A stretch of DNA of 64,000 nucleotides from a virus (Duplodnaviria; Heunggongvirae; Uroviricota; Caudoviricetes). How positions within the stretch are numbered: position 1 is the first letter of the stretch; the number at the start of each line of letters is the position of its first letter. The translations under genes were made by a program, and so were the position numbers. Of this stretch, positions 47,827 through 56,683 are shown piece by piece. The notes beneath the pieces were generated by a model. The model did not search any database. It worked only from the letters and a program-made list of their open reading frames with translations, and was not told the origin of the DNA. The stretch spans positions 8,207 through 72,206 of the IMG/VR virus record IMGVR_UViG_3300028800_000066; one strand, 5' to 3'.

Positions 47827-48420
47827 TTAATTAGTACCAGTCCTTAAATTATTTAGCCACTCTTGTAGCTTTTTATCAATCACTTCTTCATCGCCATCAT
47901 TAACTAGGACAAGATTGCAACGACTAATCTCTTCATGAGTTATAAAAACGGAATCAACCTGGGCTTCTGCAACTTCTCTTGATATATTTCTTCCATGAAT
48001 CAGTCTTTCTAACCTAACTTCTCTAGGTGCAGTCACTAGAAGGATGTTATCAAACAACTTCTCAGCACCAGATTCGAACAATACAGGTATATCAAAGAAT
48101 AACATTTTATTTTCGACTGCCTTATGTCGTTCAATTACTTTTCTGATTTCATCCAAAATTCCAGGGAACATCAGGTCGTTAAGTTTCTTCAATTCCGTTC
48201 TGTTATTAAAAACTAAGATAGCTAACTTTTTCGTATCAAGACCGCCATCTTCTTTAAGATATTCTTTCCCAAACAAGTCAATAATTCTGGAAACAAACTT
48301 ATGTCGAATATTTCTAGCCAAATCATCTACATCATAAACACAATAACCATTTTGTCTTAAGCTTTGTGATATTTTAGATTTTCCAGAACCACTAGGTCCA
48401 GTAATCCCGATGACTTTCAT
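47827..48420 (-). CDS. coaE: P-loop kinase, dephospho-CoA kinase (CoaE)-like
   Basis: MKVIGITGPSGSGKS Walker A. DVD and LN..HP motifs align with CoaE. Could equally be a polynucleotide or nucleotide kinase of the same fold. Confidence 0.6.
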   Translation of the reverse strand: MKVIGITGPSGSGKSKISQSLRQNGYCVYDVDDLARNIRHKFVSRIIDLFGKEYLKEDGGLDTKKLAILVFNNRTELKKLNDLMFPGILDEIRKVIERHKAVENKMLFFDIPVLFESGAEKLFDNILLVTAPREVRLERLIHGRNISREVAEAQVDSVFITHEEISRCNLVLVNDGDEEVIDKKLQEWLNNLRTGTN

Positions 48421-48460
48421 TTTGTTCTCTTAGAAAATTTTTATTAACAATATTTTATTG

Positions 48461-48534
48461 TGTCACCAGAGGGAGTCGAACCCACAACCTTCGGTTTCGT
48501 AGACCGACACTCTATCCAGTTGAGCTATGATGAC
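48461..48534 (-). tRNA. tRNA-Arg (ACG)
   Basis: Loop CTACGAA. Confidence 0.8.
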
Positions 48535-48539
48535 ATGTA

Positions 48540-48923
48540 TTAATAATTGCTTTTATTTGTTTTTATTTTTGCACTCTCCGGAATCTCATAATTTCCAGAT
48601 TTTAATTCTTCATCTGACAACCAAGTATCAAAAGAAGTTGTTGTGTTTTCTTTCTTTTCTCTATCAAATTTCAGCAACATAACAGCATATTTTTTCTTTC
48701 CCACGTTAGCTTTCTTTTCTTTCTCATCATTAATCGTGTCTTCTATAAATTTTTCAACATCTTCTGCATATTTTTTACCAGCTATTAGCATTTGAAGAAA
48801 TTCGTTCATTTCTTTCATTAACCAATCTTTATATTCTTTTTCCAAAGTCTTGTCAAACTTATAAGACCTCATTAATTCTTTAAATTCGTTTACGTGTTTT
48901 TGGAGTTCTTCTGACGTTTTCAT
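48540..48923 (-). CDS. hypothetical protein
   Basis: Start moved to MKTSEEL. The track ORF ran through the tRNA-Arg gene. Confidence 0.5.
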   Translation of the reverse strand: MKTSEELQKHVNEFKELMRSYKFDKTLEKEYKDWLMKEMNEFLQMLIAGKKYAEDVEKFIEDTINDEKEKKANVGKKKYAVMLLKFDREKKENTTTSFDTWLSDEELKSGNYEIPESAKIKTNKSNY

Positions 48924-48939
48924 TATATTCCATAGTTTG

Positions 48940-49015
48940 TGGGACTGAGAGGACTCGAACCTCCAACTGCTCGACTTCGTAGGTCGGCTCTCTATTCCAA
49001 TTGAGTTACAGTCCC
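48940..49015 (-). tRNA. tRNA-Arg (ACG), second copy
   Basis: Loop CTACGAA. Different body. Confidence 0.7.
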
Positions 49016-49209
49016 ATTTTGTGAAACAATGCAAAAAGTACTGGTACGATTACAAATGTTGCTAAAGCTTTAAGTCCAGGCAGGAATACGAAGAAGAATC
49101 CACCAATCAGCAAAGTAGGAAAAGTATAGATAAACATTTCCAAGAGATGTTTCTTAAATGTTTTCTTTTCCTGTGCCGGAATTACGACTTCTGGTTTCTT
49201 CTTAGGCAT
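49006..49209 (-). CDS. small membrane protein
   Basis: Two TM helices. Confidence 0.35.
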   Translation of the reverse strand: MPKKKPEVVIPAQEKKTFKKHLLEMFIYTFPTLLIGGFFFVFLPGLKALATFVIVPVLFALFHKMGL

Positions 49210-49444
49210 TCATTACCTCAAGTCTGTGAAACCCTTCGTTCTTTAAGGCGTCAATAAACAAATCTGACGGTTTATCAGTTGATTTCCAAGTAATCCAGGG
49301 TGCTTCATCGGAATCAATATCTTTATATCTCATCGTCCAATCTTCTTTTTCTTTTACACTTGGAAACGGCATATAAGTACCCTTCGGAGCATATTCAGGG
49401 AAACAAATCCAACAAGGATTTCCAACACATCCATGCGCGGCCAT
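49202..49444 (-). CDS. hypothetical Cys-containing small protein
   Basis: ORF. Confidence 0.4.
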   Translation of the reverse strand: MAAHGCVGNPCWICFPEYAPKGTYMPFPSVKEKEDWTMRYKDIDSDEAPWITWKSTDKPSDLFIDALKNEGFHRLEVMNA

Positions 49445-49783
49445 TTATTCTCCCTGTGATTCCTTTAAATCTTGAGCCATATCTTGCAAAGCTTTAATGT
49501 TTCTCTGCAATCTATTCAACATTTCTTTTTCTGCCCAAGCTTTGGCTTCCACCAACTTTATCTTACAATATTCTTCTGTCTTAAACTTAAAGACTCTTGA
49601 AATTTTTTTTCCACGTTGCTTATCTTCAATCCAAGCTTCAATTCGATTATCATCATAACGAGGAATTCCAACGTGTGCGACAAGCATATCATCAAACAAT
49701 CTGTAGATGAAATACCCTTCCTTGGGTCGCCATGCCCCGTAATTTCCAGAACAATCTCGCCATCTAAGATGGTAACTCGCCAT
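49445..49783 (-). CDS. hypothetical protein
   Basis: ORF. Confidence 0.45.
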   Translation of the reverse strand: MASYHLRWRDCSGNYGAWRPKEGYFIYRLFDDMLVAHVGIPRYDDNRIEAWIEDKQRGKKISRVFKFKTEEYCKIKLVEAKAWAEKEMLNRLQRNIKALQDMAQDLKESQGE

Positions 49784-50136
49784 TATACTCCCTCGGGGAT
49801 TACAAATCCAGTCGTAGCATGAACAGTCTTGGGTTGATTGGCTTCAAGCATATCATTGACCAATTTCTCTTCTGCCGCTCTGGCCTTGACTTCTTTTCCA
49901 GTCTCACGCCAAATCTCCGTGATTGACTGACCTTCTTTGTTGTAATTCCAGCCCTTCTCGCTGACTTCCATACCAGCCTTTTTCATACCCTCTTCGGCCA
50001 GAATCACGGGAACGAACAACGCCGCTCCAAGAGCGAATTTCATAGTCTCCTTGATATTCATCGTATCCTCTGAGTTATTTGTGTCTCTTAACAAGTTTTT
50101 GGAGCTTTGCATTTGCCAGGAGTTTCCTGGCTTCAT
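49783..50136 (-). CDS. hypothetical protein
   Basis: ORF. Confidence 0.45.
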   Translation of the reverse strand: MKPGNSWQMQSSKNLLRDTNNSEDTMNIKETMKFALGAALFVPVILAEEGMKKAGMEVSEKGWNYNKEGQSITEIWRETGKEVKARAAEEKLVNDMLEANQPKTVHATTGFVIPEGV

Positions 50137-50169
50137 TTAACTTGGATTTTTTTTCTTTTACTTTTTTCA

Positions 50170-50556
50170 TTACCAATCCAATGTTCCAGCATTAACACAG
50201 GCTACACCAAAAACAGCGCCAACAGCTACATCCAATAACTCTGCCTTGAAATGAGTTTTGTCGTTTTTATGTAAAGCTTCCATCATTTCACGATGTTCTT
50301 CATCTACTACACCAGCGATTTCGTGAGTTGAAGCAAATGTTCCATAACCTTTTTGTTTAAGTCTACGATTAAGTTCTAATCTGAATTCCATAACAGCTTG
50401 TTCAATTTGTTCTTGCGTAATTTCCAGTCTAGCATTAGCCATTTGTTCTCCACGCGCAGGAACTTCCATGTCCGAATCCAGTCCCGCCATAAGGGCATCA
50501 ATTTCGCTCTGACTTAATATATCGTCCACTCTATGCTCTGAGAAGATTTCGCTCAA
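50170..50556 (-). CDS. MazG-like all-alpha NTP pyrophosphohydrolase (putative)
   Basis: ASTHEIAGVVDEEHREMMEAL...ELLDVAVGAVF acidic helix pattern. Confidence 0.45.
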   Translation of the reverse strand: MSEIFSEHRVDDILSQSEIDALMAGLDSDMEVPARGEQMANARLEITQEQIEQAVMEFRLELNRRLKQKGYGTFASTHEIAGVVDEEHREMMEALHKNDKTHFKAELLDVAVGAVFGVACVNAGTLDW

Positions 50557-51550
50557 CGGCTTGACCGTGCATCCAATGTTTCACGGTCTGGATGTGATTC
50601 TTTCTCACATATTTAGCCGCAGACTTTCTAAAATCACCGTATGAAAACTTGTCAGCAATTCTGATTACATATCCTTCTTTGCTCTGCCAATTTTCTTTGT
50701 TGTACAAAGCTTTAATTTTTGTCTCATCATAGATTCCATCATACAAAACTGGAACGCTTTGGATGTTCAAAAGATTAAACCAAGAAGCCGTATCATCCCA
50801 ATCCAGGCATTCGTTCTTTTCATTCCAAACCGAGAATCCCATGAAATAGGTGGGGAGATTATCGTAGCCAATTGAGTGTTTGGCCCAAAGATTCTCACCG
50901 CAGACTCTCCAACCTTCGGGGATATCGTTAGCGATTGCCGCCCAAAAGTTCTTTACCCAATTTCTAGAAACATGAGTGTCACTGTTTATACTTCTTGCAT
51001 GGATGTGGTCACGATACATTGTCGTGTTTTCTCCATCCATTTTTTCTGTAACAATAACTCTTTTACCTTCAAAACTTTTCATGTTCTCAATCATGCGGTC
51101 ATCATCGTTCATGTTTTCCGACCAAGGAACATGGTATGTTCTAGGATATTTTACATAACTGGTAAACTGTCCGAGAACATCAGCTAAAATCTTTTGGACG
51201 CTCAAATCGTAAAACAACTCACCTTTAAGTCTTTGACCATTGGGAAGAATAATGTTTCCCCATTTATCGTAAGTCTGGTCGTGATAGAAATGTTCTGGAA
51301 GAACTGGTTTAGTAATTCCGCACTTCTCACGAACTTGTTCCACAGAAATATTGGTCTTTTCACATTCAATGTGATGTTCTTCGCAAACCGAAGCGCCATT
51401 GTTTAGAAAATAACCGCCATTTCCCCAAATCCTACGTTCAATTATATGGTGTGCATCTGCCGCTGGTTCTCCACAAAATACGCACTTATGACCATCTCTT
51501 TTGAAGACGCCCTCACGGAATTCATCACGAGTGAGCAATTTGGATTCCAT
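50531..51550 (-). CDS. HNH nuclease fused to ATP-dependent RNA ligase-like nucleotidyltransferase
   Basis: N-terminal CVFCGEPAADAHHII...CEEHH. Ligase motif I TEKMDGEN (KxDGxN), motif IV EGYVIR, motif V AAKYVRK. Confidence 0.55.
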   Translation of the reverse strand: MESKLLTRDEFREGVFKRDGHKCVFCGEPAADAHHIIERRIWGNGGYFLNNGASVCEEHHIECEKTNISVEQVREKCGITKPVLPEHFYHDQTYDKWGNIILPNGQRLKGELFYDLSVQKILADVLGQFTSYVKYPRTYHVPWSENMNDDDRMIENMKSFEGKRVIVTEKMDGENTTMYRDHIHARSINSDTHVSRNWVKNFWAAIANDIPEGWRVCGENLWAKHSIGYDNLPTYFMGFSVWNEKNECLDWDDTASWFNLLNIQSVPVLYDGIYDETKIKALYNKENWQSKEGYVIRIADKFSYGDFRKSAAKYVRKNHIQTVKHWMHGQAVERNLLRA

Positions 51551-51553
51551 GAT

Positions 51554-52024
51554 TTAATCCACACTATCAAGATTTGACTTAGGAGCTAATGCTATCTGTT
51601 GGGCGACAGGCTCGACCATTGTTTGTTTTCCGGCCACATTGTCTCTAACCACTCTGCTAGCACTACGCTTCTGTTGAAAATATTGAACATCTGGTACACT
51701 TTTTTCCAATATGTTCTTGAGATAAATAATCCAATAACCTTTTCTGTAAACATTATAATGAGTTTTAGAGTTAAGTTCATTATCTCTATATCTGTTATAG
51801 ACTCGAATATTTTCCGTCCCAGTCTTTACGAAGATTTCGTAATTATAATCATCGTTGTCTTTATGTTCAAAATCAACAATTATATAAGCATCTTCGTAAG
51901 TTAAATTTGTTCCTCTTGGAGATGAATTGACGTTCAAAAGATTTAAGATATCATCCTTAATGCTTTCCGGTCCTACGAGAAAGACCCTGAATTTTGTCAA
52001 CAAATTCCTAAACCAATTCAACAT
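51554..52024 (-). CDS. hypothetical protein adjacent to RNA ligase
   Basis: ORF. Confidence 0.45.
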   Translation of the reverse strand: MLNWFRNLLTKFRVFLVGPESIKDDILNLLNVNSSPRGTNLTYEDAYIIVDFEHKDNDDYNYEIFVKTGTENIRVYNRYRDNELNSKTHYNVYRKGYWIIYLKNILEKSVPDVQYFQQKRSASRVVRDNVAGKQTMVEPVAQQIALAPKSNLDSVD

Positions 52025-52026
52025 CT

Positions 52027-52308
52027 TTAATCCAGAGAATCAAGTGACTTTCTCTTGCCCCAGTTGCTACTGACAAATGTTCGATATTCTGGTGTTTCTT
52101 CTATAATTTGAAATTCTGTATGATTGATGGAGACTATTCTGGCCGAGCCGCCAATTACAGCATTTATTTCTTTTAGACTTAGCGCGTGTCCGAAACCAGC
52201 TTGGACTAATCTTGCGGCCTGAGCGTGATTGCCCGCTTCATACAATTCTCTGGCTGTATTTGTTATAAATTCGCCAGAGATTGAAAAACCCATTGTGAGT
52301 TTTTGCAC
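52027..52308 (-). CDS. hypothetical protein
   Basis: ORF. Confidence 0.4.
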   Translation of the reverse strand: MQKLTMGFSISGEFITNTARELYEAGNHAQAARLVQAGFGHALSLKEINAVIGGSARIVSINHTEFQIIEETPEYRTFVSSNWGKRKSLDSLD

Positions 52309-52321
52309 ACTTACCTCGGAT

Positions 52322-52396
52322 TGGCTCCGAAACTAGGACTCGAACCTAGAACCTCGGTGTTAACAGCACCTTGCTCCACCATTGAGCTATTTCGGA
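52322..52396 (-). tRNA. tRNA-Asn (GTT), CCA encoded
   Basis: Loop CTGTTAA. Confidence 0.8.
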
Positions 52397-52403
52397 ATGC
52401 AAC

Positions 52404-52763
52404 TTACCTAATGCGCTTACCCGTATTCTTTTCAACTCTTACTGCTCTATCATCCCACAATTCAATTAAACCGTGGTCTTTTATATTAGTCACTTCCAAT
52501 TTCTGACCAATATGTTTCTCGCACCAATCTTCAATTCTCTTTCTAATTTCAGAAATACTTTCTTCGTTTCTAGCTGGTTCGGCAACTCTAGCCGTAAAAA
52601 TCTTTACGGTTTTTCCAGAAGCCAGCCAAAGTTTAACTCGTCTCACCATAGCTGGAATTGGCTCACCAATTTCTTTTTTATAACCTTCATAGTAAGCGAG
52701 TGTCCCGTCTAAATCAACACCATACCAACCTTGTTTACGCTCTACCATTATCAAATCCCTCAT
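52404..52763 (-). CDS. HAD-family phosphatase (polynucleotide 3'-phosphatase-like)
   Basis: GVDLDGTLA (DxDGT motif I). KIFTAR (motif II region). 119 aa. Confidence 0.55.
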   Translation of the reverse strand: MRDLIMVERKQGWYGVDLDGTLAYYEGYKKEIGEPIPAMVRRVKLWLASGKTVKIFTARVAEPARNEESISEIRKRIEDWCEKHIGQKLEVTNIKDHGLIELWDDRAVRVEKNTGKRIR

Positions 52764-52935
52764 ATATACAGTCGTAATTATTTTCTATATAACTTTTAGT
52801 TACTTTAATATTGTCTAACATTGTGTCGCCGTGATAAATCATAACTTGAGCTTCATCGCCACAATCTTCAATCACAGTCAATATGCATTTTTCAAATGTT
52901 CTGCTTTTCCATTTAGCATTGAATCCGAAACGCAT
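52735..52935 (-). CDS. hypothetical small protein
   Basis: ORF overlapping the phosphatase 5' end. Confidence 0.3.
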   Translation of the reverse strand: MRFGFNAKWKSRTFEKCILTVIEDCGDEAQVMIYHGDTMLDNIKVTKSYIENNYDCIYEGFDNGRA

Positions 52936-52957
52936 TTCTATCCTTGAGTTAAATTTG

Positions 52958-53029
52958 CTGGCTCTCTAAGAATCGAACTTAGACTCATTCGGGTAACAAC
53001 CGAAGGTTTTACCATTAAACTAAGAGCCA
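52958..53029 (-). tRNA. tRNA-Asn (GTT), second copy
   Basis: Loop TTGTTAC. Confidence 0.7.
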
Positions 53030-53143
53030 ATGATGCCGACTTTCATATCTTAGACGGCAAGCCAGCATTATAACTCAGTAAGCCTACGCTCACATTGTAT
53101 CTGGTCTTTAATTTTTAAAGATTGTACTGTATTATGAAACTGT

Positions 53144-53217
53144 TGGCTCCCGACCAAGGAATCGAACCTCAATTCTGGCATTAACAGTGCCGCGTCCTAC
53201 CATTGAACGAGTCGGAA
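53144..53217 (-). tRNA. tRNA-Asn (GTT), third copy, CCA encoded
   Basis: Loop CTGTTAA. Body differs from copies 1 and 2. Confidence 0.65.
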
Positions 53218-53244
53218 ATGCTTACTACTTCTACATTACAACTG

Positions 53245-53273
53245 ATTATATCACATTTCGCTCTATTTGTCAA
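53245..53273 (-). promoter_or_regulatory. consensus sigma70 promoter P3 (TTGACA-17-TGaTATAAT) for Asn tRNA array
   Basis: rc: ggcTTGACAaatagagcgaaatgTGaTATAATcag. Confidence 0.75.
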
Positions 53274-53281
53274 GCCAAAAG

Positions 53282-53318
53282 AAAACCCCTCCGAACTTTT
53301 TTTAAGGTCCGGAGGGGT
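53282..53318 (-). terminator. rho-independent terminator abutting promoter P3
   Basis: CCCCUCCG-GACCUUAAAAAAAGUU-CGGAGGGG followed by UUUUCUUUUGG. The U-tail overlaps the -35 of P3. Confidence 0.7.
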
Positions 53319-53492
53319 TAATTTAGTGGTTGATGATTGCAGTTTAAACCATTAAACTAGACCCTCTTAGACAATAGATTTCTATTACCCAACCAGAGGT
53401 TAGATATTGTTCGTCCATTGGTTAAAGAGGTTAAAGTCTTCATGATTAAACCTTCCGTCTATTTGTGTAGACAAAGTAGTGCATCTACTTCA
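53319..53492 (-). ncRNA. candidate about 200-nt small transcript between ext -10 promoter and terminator (sRNA or 32-aa micro-ORF)
   Basis: Bounded by the TGaTATAAT element (53498-53506) and the terminator 53282-53318. Contains hairpins GUAG-AUGCA-CUAC and AGGUUUAA...UUUAACCU. Also a possible 32-aa ORF with GGAAGG RBS. Confidence 0.35.
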
Positions 53493-53497
53493 TTACT

Positions 53498-53526
53498 ATT
53501 ATATCAAAAATTATAAAATTTTACCA
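53498..53526 (-). promoter_or_regulatory. candidate extended -10 promoter (TGaTATAAT)
   Basis: rc: TGGTAA-17-TGaTATAAT downstream of ORF 53544..53927. Weak -35. Confidence 0.4.
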
Positions 53527-53543
53527 CTTTTTAATACAAATTT

Positions 53544-53927
53544 TTATTCAAAATCTGACAATGGCATATTGAATTTTGACGAGCAAAAGCTGTTTGCGGC
53601 CTGGACTGAATTATTATATTCCAACAGTAAATCAGGTGGTTGAATGTCTTTTAATTCAGAAACAACGCGCTTATAAATATCTGAAGCTAGTCTATCTCTT
53701 TCCGCAAGTATTCCGCGTAACATTGTAGCTTCGCCACGAAGATTATCGAACTCTGGATAATATTTTTCTTTAACAATTCTCAAATTATCAGAGTGTTCAT
53801 CTTCCAATTTTTTCCTAGCATCTACATAAACTTCGATAATTTTCTCTTTTTCCTGTTCATAAAGCTTGTCAGCTTCCTTTTGTTTCTTATCTAATTCCTG
53901 AAGCTTTTTAGAAGTCGGAAACATCAT
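53544..53927 (-). CDS. hypothetical coiled-coil protein
   Basis: ORF. Confidence 0.45.
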   Translation of the reverse strand: MMFPTSKKLQELDKKQKEADKLYEQEKEKIIEVYVDARKKLEDEHSDNLRIVKEKYYPEFDNLRGEATMLRGILAERDRLASDIYKRVVSELKDIQPPDLLLEYNNSVQAANSFCSSKFNMPLSDFE

Positions 53928-54017
53928 TTTTTATCCTAAGAAAAGAAAACAACCTATTCAAGTTTTCAGTTGTTTGAGTGGCACTGCGAAGCTTACGTCT
54001 TGAACCACTGACTTATA

Positions 54018-55721
54018 TTAACCCTTGATGAAGTCACTCATCACGGCTGGGGCAGATGAATCGAATCCTACCACGTCTAACATTCCAGCATCGTTAGGGT
54101 CTGCAATCGTGAAATCATTCGTAACCATACCAACCACAACTGACTTGGCATTGTTACTAGACTGCTTGCGATATTCTGCAAGAGCCTGATGTGGGTGAAT
54201 TCTTCCAGCATAAGTCTCGTTATCGGTGTAGACAAAGAAAGCATCTACATCTAACTTATTCTGCTTTGCATAAACCATCGGCAAAGAGCAATCAGTTCCA
54301 CGGAAAGGAAGATTATTGATGACTGAGATTACATCATCCAATCTCTTCTTTCCAGAAATGTTCAAGTCAATGAACTCTGTCGAGAATCCCTTGATATAGA
54401 CGTTCTTCTCAACCTTTGCAGTAACCATTGCCATAGCCGCGCTTACCACTCTTGGCGTAAGACCTGGAATACCAGAAATTGAACCGCCGTCCATTGAACC
54501 AGACACGTCCAAGGCCAACATGATGTTCTTTCCAGTTGGCTCAACATTATCAAATGCTGTGTAGAAAGCAGAATCCAATGCGTCCACAACTGTCTGGACC
54601 GGAGTCCAGGAATTTCCACCACGCTCACCGTGACCCTGCTGATAAACCTTCAAGGCCGACAATAACTGAATCGGATGCACTCTCGCCTTCTTCAAAGCCT
54701 CTACATTAGCAAGCTTTTCAGCGACAAGCTTTGAACCCTGTGAAAGCGGTGCAATCAATCCAACTCTTGTCATTGTTGCAATATTACGAATCATTGCAGT
54801 CAATGGCATGTGCGGAAGTAATGCATCCCACACTTCAATGGTGTTAAGTAACTCTGTAGGAACAGCTTCACGAGGAAGTTCGTGTTCTCTAATCAATCCA
54901 ACAATTTCAGAAGCAGTCGTTGCCCTCTGAGCCTGTTCGAAAGCATTAATCATCGGGTGGATATTGACGATAAGCTTTCCTTCATTGTCATAGTGCGACT
55001 TTACCCATGACTGAATCTGCTCGTGCTTCTCGGAATACTTCACCTTTGCCGAATCGTTCTTGGCAGAGACAGGGGCATCCTTACCAGCCTTATACTTATT
55101 CCACGCAACCCACTGATAGATATCATTACGTGCGGCATCAGCGGTCTTCAAGTGAGCAAGACGCAACGCATCACGATGTTCAAAACCTTCACGATTACGA
55201 TACTTAATAACCTGTAATGCAAGGCCATCCAAGTTCTTCTCGTTATACCAACGCTGAACTGCCTTACGCAATCCAGTACCAGTTCCCTTGCCAATGGTGT
55301 CCGCAATCGACAAGAACTGGAACAAATGTGTGGCGATTCTGCATACCTTTGAAAGGTTCTGATATGCATACGCACGAGTAGCCGCATCACCATGCTTTAC
55401 GACAAGCGCAAGAGCAAACACAGCGGGGTCATTCTTTGGAGCGCGACCATTGTGAGAAATTTCCACAATAGTATCAACAGTCTTGCGACCATTTTCCTTC
55501 ACGCACTCCAAGATGCACTTCGCACTGTCCTGTGTCATCTTGTGCTCGGATGCATAATACGAGCCACCCTCGTTTCCAAGAATCAAGAAACGGTTTAAAC
55601 GGGTCCAGTTGTCTACCTTGAATGTAAAGCCACCCGCGCTGTTTGGAACCTGATTGCTTCCGAATACCTTCTCGGACTGGGGTGTAACCTTAGTTGAAAC
55701 GTGCGAAGCATAGTTTGACAT
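54018..55721 (-). CDS. vWA-domain protein with Ro60/TROVE-like architecture (Rsr-like, inferred)
   Basis: C-terminal vWA MIDAS LALDVSGSMDG...T...D. About 400-aa helical N-terminal module. 567 aa matches the Ro60 size and domain order. GGAAGAGGAG RBS. Own consensus promoter. Confidence 0.5.
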   Translation of the reverse strand: MSNYASHVSTKVTPQSEKVFGSNQVPNSAGGFTFKVDNWTRLNRFLILGNEGGSYYASEHKMTQDSAKCILECVKENGRKTVDTIVEISHNGRAPKNDPAVFALALVVKHGDAATRAYAYQNLSKVCRIATHLFQFLSIADTIGKGTGTGLRKAVQRWYNEKNLDGLALQVIKYRNREGFEHRDALRLAHLKTADAARNDIYQWVAWNKYKAGKDAPVSAKNDSAKVKYSEKHEQIQSWVKSHYDNEGKLIVNIHPMINAFEQAQRATTASEIVGLIREHELPREAVPTELLNTIEVWDALLPHMPLTAMIRNIATMTRVGLIAPLSQGSKLVAEKLANVEALKKARVHPIQLLSALKVYQQGHGERGGNSWTPVQTVVDALDSAFYTAFDNVEPTGKNIMLALDVSGSMDGGSISGIPGLTPRVVSAAMAMVTAKVEKNVYIKGFSTEFIDLNISGKKRLDDVISVINNLPFRGTDCSLPMVYAKQNKLDVDAFFVYTDNETYAGRIHPHQALAEYRKQSSNNAKSVVVGMVTNDFTIADPNDAGMLDVVGFDSSAPAVMSDFIKG

Positions 55722-55788
55722 GGTGTTCTCCTCTTCCCTTTACGGGGGTTATAAGATTAATGCAAGTCGTCCCACAACGACTAAGAGC

Positions 55789-55817
55789 ATTATATCCTTT
55801 TTAATCTAATTTATCAA
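55789..55817 (-). promoter_or_regulatory. sigma70 promoter P6 (TTGATA-17-TATAAT) for the Ro60-like gene
   Basis: rc: TTGATAaattagattaaaaaggaTATAAT. A 5'-UTR hairpin GUCGU-UGUGGG-ACGAC follows. Confidence 0.65.
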
Positions 55818-56502
55818 GAACTTTTTGCGATTTGTTTTCAATTACTGGTTCTGTTAATTCATTTGATTTTACATCATTTTTAATTTCTGTAACGGGGTCT
55901 CCAATTGGTTCTGGAACAGTTGGAGTTTGCGTCACGATACTTATTCCAGATACGCTTGTACTAGCACTATCTCTTCTGATTCTTGCTAAAAACTCTTGAT
56001 ATGTTTCTGACAGTGATTCTGATGGTCTTACAGCAGAAACTACTGGACCAGGAGGCGGCGGTGGAGGTGTAGGTTCTGGAACTCTTAGCAACCTATTTAA
56101 TCTTTCTCGCGCTCTCTCTTCGTCCCTAGTTAAAACATTTCTAGCTTCTCTAACTTTTTGCTGATATTCTCTAATAACTTCTTGATATCTAGTTTCTAAT
56201 TGATTCAACAATTCGGTATCAGTAAGTCTTCTATATCTGATTTTGAATGTGTCATTAGAAATCTCATCGCTATTGCGGCTAGAATCTGTATAATCAAGAA
56301 TATCACCACCATACGTTCTTCCAGGTATATGGTCTGAAATATTCTGAATTTGTTCTACCGTTCTAACTCTAGGTCCGTCATAATTAACAGGATTTTTTAC
56401 TACTCTACAATATTCGAAACGATTATTTACATTATAAAACCAACGACCAATCTTTGGCTTATTACTATTTCTAGTTAAGAAGTTCCACAATCCCATATTC
56501 AA
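55801..56502 (-). CDS. hypothetical protein with poly-Pro segment
   Basis: EPTPPPPPPGPV. Confidence 0.5.
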   Translation of the reverse strand: MNMGLWNFLTRNSNKPKIGRWFYNVNNRFEYCRVVKNPVNYDGPRVRTVEQIQNISDHIPGRTYGGDILDYTDSSRNSDEISNDTFKIRYRRLTDTELLNQLETRYQEVIREYQQKVREARNVLTRDEERARERLNRLLRVPEPTPPPPPPGPVVSAVRPSESLSETYQEFLARIRRDSASTSVSGISIVTQTPTVPEPIGDPVTEIKNDVKSNELTEPVIENKSQKVLDKLD

Positions 56503-56519
56503 ACCTGAGAATTATTTTG

Positions 56520-56591
56520 TCGGGATAGCTGGATTTGAACCAGCGGCCCCCTGCTCCCAAAGCAGGTGCGCTACCCCTGCGCCATATCCCG
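56520..56591 (-). tRNA. tRNA-Pro (TGG)
   Basis: Loop TTTGGGA. Confidence 0.8.
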
Positions 56592-56610
56592 ATAGGTAAT
56601 TTAATTTTTG

Positions 56611-56683
56611 TGGAGCAGAGGGGAGTCGAACCCCTGACCCCTTACATGCCATGCAAGTGCTCTGCCAACTGAGCTACTGCCCC
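56611..56683 (-). tRNA. tRNA-Ala (GGC)
   Basis: Loop ATGGCAT. G3:U70 wobble in the acceptor stem (Ala identity element). Confidence 0.8.
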
